Origin: Candidatus Gottesmanbacteria bacterium
Lineage (GTDB): Bacteria; Patescibacteriota; Microgenomatia; UBA10105; UBA927
Direction: 5' to 3'
Length of the DNA: 64,000 bases
Assembly (NCBI GenBank): GCA_023245355.1
Contig: JAHFKN010000002.1
Span: 8,460 to 72,459, forward strand
Translations under genes and position numbers: made by a program
In this document: positions 59,241 through 64,000 of the stretch, piece by piece
How positions within the stretch are numbered: the first letter of the stretch is position 1
How the letters are laid out: each line of letters starts with the position of its first letter
Notes under the pieces: model-generated
What the model saw: only the letters and a program-made list of their open reading frames with translations
Database searches by the model: none
What the model was told of the DNA's origin: nothing

Positions 59241-60053
59241 ATGAATACCTCGCAGGATCCCGTATACATACTGCTGCATATTCCCAAATGCGCAGGATTT
59301 TCCATGTCATCCCATATGCTTACGTTTTTTCATGCCGACAAATACTGCGGCCTCTACACGTCTATGGGTCCGCTTCTAGAGAACAGATCCATGATAGAGG
59401 CATATCTGACACACCTCCCGGGCAAAAAACTCAATTCACTCCGCGTTATAGCCGGGCACGGCGCATATTACGGTATTCATACCTATCTGCAAAGACCGGT
59501 GCGGTACGTGGTATTTTTGCGTCATCCGTTTCACCGGTCGCGTTCGCACTATGCGCATATGGCACAAAATACGCATGCCGGCCTGCCGGCGGACATCCCG
59601 GTACTGGATAAGGGCGGGGTACAAATTCCGTTTGCGGAATGGATGAGACTTCGAAGCATCACTCATGATTTTATGACACGGTTTTTGTATGAAAAATTCT
59701 TTCCGTCTGCAATACGCGGAGAAGTGACCGACCAGCATCTTACAAACGTGCTGGGAGTATTGAATACGTTTTATTTTGTGGGGCTGACAGAGCACCAGAC
59801 GCATCATCGGTTTTTATATGATTGCTTGGGGCTGCCGGTATATGCGCCGCGCGAAAATGTCACGGATACACGCTTTGTACCTCCCGCCGTACCGGACAGC
59901 TCCATCAGCCGGTATCTTCTGCAGGACAGCCGATTATATAATTATGCCCGGGCAATGCCGCGCCCTGCATTATCACGGGTGAAGCGGGCAGACCTATTGA
60001 TGAAATACATAAGAGACCGCGCGCGGTTTAGCATCCGGGGCAACAGGATATGA
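59241..60053 (+). CDS. Sulfotransferase family protein
   Basis: LHIPKCAGFS (5'-PSB-like), FLRHP..R..SHY (3'-PB-like), FVGLTE and D..LY. Confidence 0.8.
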   Translation: MNTSQDPVYILLHIPKCAGFSMSSHMLTFFHADKYCGLYTSMGPLLENRSMIEAYLTHLPGKKLNSLRVIAGHGAYYGIHTYLQRPVRYVVFLRHPFHRSRSHYAHMAQNTHAGLPADIPVLDKGGVQIPFAEWMRLRSITHDFMTRFLYEKFFPSAIRGEVTDQHLTNVLGVLNTFYFVGLTEHQTHHRFLYDCLGLPVYAPRENVTDTRFVPPAVPDSSISRYLLQDSRLYNYARAMPRPALSRVKRADLLMKYIRDRARFSIRGNRI

Positions 60054-60967
60054 AACCTACTCATACCGGTTTTTATAAACATCTTGTCCGTCAGCACGAA
60101 GACATTTCTCTTATACGGAGCACGGAAACAATGATCCGGTCACTCCGGAAGGACGTATTCCGCCTGCCTGACGCGGGAGGGTCTGCAGTACTCCTCCTGT
60201 CCGGCGGCCTGGATTCCGTGATTGCGTGGGAAATGCTGCTGGGGCAGTATCGCCTTCACGTATATCCGCTGGTAGTGTCACACGGTTTGTTGGATCCTCA
60301 AGACGAAGTAGTCCGGAAATTCCGTACGGTATTCCGGAAAAAATATGCTGACAGGTACCACGAACCGTATATCGTCCGCGCCCCGGCTTCACACGGAAAC
60401 TTTCATACAAAAATTCTCAACGACGCGCCTCCTGACATGCTTCTTAAATATTTTGACCCGGCCAATCAGACGGTAAAAGTTCCGTTTTGGGGAGCGAATG
60501 TGTTTACGGCATATCGGGGATATATGTATCTTCAATATCTGACGTTTACGCTGCCATCCCCGGTAACAACCATCATATACGGCGCGACGGCAGATGACGG
60601 ATTGTTTATACCCAGCCAGACGTACGCATTCATGCGGCTTACCATGCTCATGCTGATGAAATTTTCCGGCAATCCCGCTCTGCAATTCGGATCTGTTTTT
60701 TATGAGGAATCTTTACGTAATTTCATGACCAAGGCGGACGTGCTTTTATACGGACACCGTGCCGCGTTACCGCTTTTTAAAACATACAGCTGCGACAGGC
60801 GGGGGATATTCCATTGCGGCACGTGCCTGTCCTGCAGGAGCAGGCAATACTGTTTTGACCGGGCAGGGGTTACCGATCAAACCCTGTATACGGACGGCGA
60901 GTCACTTAAGAAACGGCTGAAACAAGTATGGCAACAAACGATAAAAATCATAAAACCCGAACTATGA
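60050..60967 (+). CDS. QueC-like PP-loop ATPase
   Basis: LLSGGLDS, TKAD and TYSC...HCGTCLSC..R zinc site; longer and more divergent than typical QueC. Confidence 0.8.
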   Translation: MKPTHTGFYKHLVRQHEDISLIRSTETMIRSLRKDVFRLPDAGGSAVLLLSGGLDSVIAWEMLLGQYRLHVYPLVVSHGLLDPQDEVVRKFRTVFRKKYADRYHEPYIVRAPASHGNFHTKILNDAPPDMLLKYFDPANQTVKVPFWGANVFTAYRGYMYLQYLTFTLPSPVTTIIYGATADDGLFIPSQTYAFMRLTMLMLMKFSGNPALQFGSVFYEESLRNFMTKADVLLYGHRAALPLFKTYSCDRRGIFHCGTCLSCRSRQYCFDRAGVTDQTLYTDGESLKKRLKQVWQQTIKIIKPEL

Positions 60968-61710
60968 GCATACTCAAATCCCTACTCCGCAAACCGTACT
61001 GGTTTATTCATGACGCTGCCGGCGCACTCCGGGAGTGGTTCCTCGACTTTATTCCCGTATATCCGACGTATCATCAGTCGCTGCTCAAACGGGCTCTCAG
61101 CCGTACCCTTATACAACAATACAGCGCAGACGAAGGACAGAACGTAAATTTCACCCAGTATTTTCTGGGGTTCGGACTCATACATTATGCAATCATCCGT
61201 AATTACAAACCGGACAACATGTTGTGTATCGGCTCACGAAAGGGTTTCGTTCCGGCCGTCCTTGCTCTTGCATGCCGCGACAACGGGAAGGGTCATGTCG
61301 ATTTTGTGGATGCGGGATATGACGAGGACAAGCCGGATAAACACTGGGGCGGGGTCGGTTTTTGGAAAAAGCATGATCCGCAATCACATTTTGCCAAACT
61401 CGGTGTAGCTGAATTCATTTCGACATATATCATGACAACGGATGCGTTTTCCCGCTCGCACGTTAAAAAACAATACCAATACATATATATCGACGGCGAT
61501 CATTCGTACGCCGGCGTACTACACGACTACACCGTTTTCTGGCCGCGTCTGCAAAAAGGGGGAATGATGGTCTTTCACGATATTGTTGCCCGGGGCTATC
61601 TTGATAAGGGATTATTCGGCGTCCGGAAGTTGTGGAACAAACTAAAAACAAAACACGCAATTCAGTTTCCGTACCCGAAGGAATCCGGATTAGGAATCCT
61701 GCAAAAATAA
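60964..61710 (+). CDS. Class I SAM-dependent methyltransferase (Methyltransf_24-like)
   Basis: IGSRKG, YIDGDHSY and GG.MVFHD. Confidence 0.85.
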   Translation: MSILKSLLRKPYWFIHDAAGALREWFLDFIPVYPTYHQSLLKRALSRTLIQQYSADEGQNVNFTQYFLGFGLIHYAIIRNYKPDNMLCIGSRKGFVPAVLALACRDNGKGHVDFVDAGYDEDKPDKHWGGVGFWKKHDPQSHFAKLGVAEFISTYIMTTDAFSRSHVKKQYQYIYIDGDHSYAGVLHDYTVFWPRLQKGGMMVFHDIVARGYLDKGLFGVRKLWNKLKTKHAIQFPYPKESGLGILQK

Positions 61711-61727
61711 TACCAGAAATATCCTTT

Positions 61728-63050
61728 ATGAAAAACATATTTGTACGCATGCGTAATCTCTGGCGGTATCCCTCATGGCTGTACCGAATGTCAGCGGAAA
61801 AATTTCCTGACGTTTCTTCAGGTAAACTGCGGGTGCTCGCGCGACTTCATGCCGTCAAAAACGAGCTCGGGGAACGCTCAGTAGTAAACAATCTCGGAGC
61901 ACTCTACACCCTGCCGCATCCGCTGGCCGCAAAAACATATGCATCATTTCTGAATCAGAATCCCAACCACCTCGGTCACTGGGCAGACAGACTGCCGCAG
62001 GAAGGCGCGACCATACAACTGGAATATGAAGTAATCCGCGCCATGATTGATCTGTACAGGGCAAATGGGAAAAACCTCACCGGGTATATAACATCTGGCG
62101 CGACCGAGGGAAATATATTCTCTGTCTGGCTCGGTAAAACATATCTGTCTCAATTTTCACCGCCCGAAAAAATCCGTTTATTGATGACAAGCCTGACTCA
62201 TTATTCCGTGAGGAAAGCGGCGGATATCTGCGGCGTGACGTCTGATACCATAGGATTACACACAACGACATGGGCGATGGACCCAGACAGCTTTCTTGAA
62301 ACTGTCCGGCGCCTGCACAAGAAGGGGATTACGGGCATATTATTGCCGCTTACACTCGGATATACATCGACAGGCACGTCCGACGACATCGCCGTCATAT
62401 CGCAGGCAGTAACCCGGCTTCAGAAAGAACTGCCCCGTCTCAGGATATTTGTCTGGATTGATGCGGCCACACAGGGATTAGTCACGCCGTTTCTATCGGA
62501 TTTTCGGCCGTTTCGTTATCCCCATATACAAACGGTCGTAGTGGATTTTCATAAATACGGACTTGTCCCGTATTCAGCGGGGACACTTCTCTACAGACGC
62601 GCCATGCAAACCCTGATTGAACGCCCCATAGAGTACCTGCGCGAAACCGATGCAACACTTTCCGGTTCCCGCCCGGGAGTCACGGCCGCGTCGATTTGGT
62701 CCATGATTCATATCATGGGAAAACAAGGCTACCGGCGCATCATAACGACACAGATGAGCAATAAAAAATATTTTATCCGTGAACTGTTACGTGTGCTGCC
62801 GGAGACAGAGGTTATTACCGGTGCAGACGGCATAAGCTGCGGTATACTATTCCGATCACTTCCCGCCGGAAGACTCCCGAAACACATAGAAGAGAAGTAC
62901 TGGTTTCATGCGGGAACGTCCTCAATCTTTTTTTACCCTGACGGATACAAAAACCTTATACTATACAAGTGTTTTTTCCTCCCTCACATGACAAAAAAAA
63001 TCATTGCCGAATTCATACGGGACCTGGAAAAATCGTCCGGACAACCGTAA
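61728..63050 (+). CDS. Group II PLP-dependent decarboxylase (MfnA/GAD-like)
   Basis: TSGATEGN, HYSV.KA, G.T.TG..D, IDAA, DFHKYG and GSRPG. Confidence 0.85.
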   Translation: MKNIFVRMRNLWRYPSWLYRMSAEKFPDVSSGKLRVLARLHAVKNELGERSVVNNLGALYTLPHPLAAKTYASFLNQNPNHLGHWADRLPQEGATIQLEYEVIRAMIDLYRANGKNLTGYITSGATEGNIFSVWLGKTYLSQFSPPEKIRLLMTSLTHYSVRKAADICGVTSDTIGLHTTTWAMDPDSFLETVRRLHKKGITGILLPLTLGYTSTGTSDDIAVISQAVTRLQKELPRLRIFVWIDAATQGLVTPFLSDFRPFRYPHIQTVVVDFHKYGLVPYSAGTLLYRRAMQTLIERPIEYLRETDATLSGSRPGVTAASIWSMIHIMGKQGYRRIITTQMSNKKYFIRELLRVLPETEVITGADGISCGILFRSLPAGRLPKHIEEKYWFHAGTSSIFFYPDGYKNLILYKCFFLPHMTKKIIAEFIRDLEKSSGQP

Positions 63051-63104
63051 CGCCCGGAGGAAACGGCATATATGCTCATATGCGGCATGTCGTATAATAC
63101 CCCC

Positions 63105-63872
63105 ATGAATCATGAACTCCGCCACTATATTGAATTACTAACCAGCATGACTCACAAGGAACTGACCGCCCGGTATAAGCATACGGTGTTCGGATTTCTC
63201 TGGATCTTTATCAATCCGCTGCTGCAGATGATTGTTATCGGATTTATCTTTCCGTTTTTTATTAAAGAAGCAATTCCGCATTATTATCTGTATCTGTTTA
63301 TAGGACTTCTGACATGGAATTTTTTCTCGTTATCTTTATCCAAGTCGTGTGCTTCAATCGTCAACGAACGGTCACTTATCAAAAAAGCGGCATTTCCCCG
63401 GTCGGTCATTCCGATATCCATAATTTTTTCTAACCTGACTAACTATCTTATCGCGTTTGGCTTGTTTCTCATACCAATTCTTCTGGTAAACACACTTACC
63501 ATATATTCCGTATTTTCATTTTTCGGCGGACTCATCATGCTTGTCACGTTTATTATAGGAATCAGCCTGCTTACAAGTGCCCTGAATGTCCGCTTCCGCG
63601 ATATAAACTTTTTTGTGCAGGCTATGCTTATTATTTGGTTCTATGCAACTCCCATCATCTATTCCCTGTCCCAGATACCCGACCGGCTATCCTGGATATG
63701 GCGGCTTAACCCCCTGACCTCGATCCTGCAGCTGATGCAGCACGCGCTCATCGGATCTGCATTACCGGACATTACCATGCTTACGTCAAACAGCCTTATC
63801 ATTGCAGCCATCACTATTTTCGGCATCCTGATTTTCCGCGAAGAAAGCAAAAATTTTGACGACTGGCTATGA
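63105..63872 (+). CDS. ABC-2 polysaccharide export permease (Wzm-like)
   Basis: RYK.TVFGFLWIFINPL, LIKKAAFP, FRD and ATPIIY. Confidence 0.92.
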   Translation: MNHELRHYIELLTSMTHKELTARYKHTVFGFLWIFINPLLQMIVIGFIFPFFIKEAIPHYYLYLFIGLLTWNFFSLSLSKSCASIVNERSLIKKAAFPRSVIPISIIFSNLTNYLIAFGLFLIPILLVNTLTIYSVFSFFGGLIMLVTFIIGISLLTSALNVRFRDINFFVQAMLIIWFYATPIIYSLSQIPDRLSWIWRLNPLTSILQLMQHALIGSALPDITMLTSNSLIIAAITIFGILIFREESKNFDDWL

Positions 63873-64000
63873 AACAACCCGCTGCAATTGCCATACAACT
63901 TACTGATATCAGGAAAAAATATCAAATTCATCACGAGAAACCAACGCTCGTGGAAAAATTTATCAAAGATCATAACGAAACGTTCTGGGCACTGAAAAAA
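63869..64000 (+). CDS. ABC transporter ATP-binding subunit (Wzt-like), 3'-truncated
   Basis: ATGA overlap with the permease; IQLTDIRKKY...FWALK N-terminus. Confidence 0.75.
   Translation, partial: MKQPAAIAIQLTDIRKKYQIHHEKPTLVEKFIKDHNETFWALKK

Noticed and set aside
258-63973. Many antisense or nested ORFs in the six-frame track
   Set aside because: They overlap well-supported genes and show no recognisable motifs; treated as shadow ORFs.

Overview
This is a gene-dense chromosomal segment of a reduced-genome bacterium. The assignment to Patescibacteria/CPR, probably Microgenomates, is an inference from four features: an archaeal-type ATP-dependent ligase and UMP kinase, a stand-alone PolA 5'-3' exonuclease, a DUF4012 protein, and many apparently leaderless genes. 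From left to right the window holds: a copper/thiol-redox locus with a Crp/Fnr regulator; housekeeping genes (pth, lig, recF, pyrH, ftsH, trpS, valS, efp/epmA, rplY, rnhA, jag-yidC-yidD-rnpA-rpmH, murD2-murL); two CAT-anticodon tRNAs; surface-protein genes; and a glycan/sulfation locus. Two systems stand out. (1) A T-box riboswitch leads a miniature SerK-like (ParB/Srx-fold) gene, trpB2 and trpS, which reads as a two-step indole-salvage route to tryptophan via O-phosphoserine. (2) A RiPP-like cassette has an unannotated 29-aa YxxP peptide, a PqqD/RRE protein and an S26 peptidase, embedded among GT2, sulfotransferase, nucleotidyltransferase-APS kinase fusion, QueC-like, methyltransferase and PLP-decarboxylase genes. 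No CRISPR array, rRNA, IS element or prophage was seen. All family calls are by motif recognition; no database searches were run.
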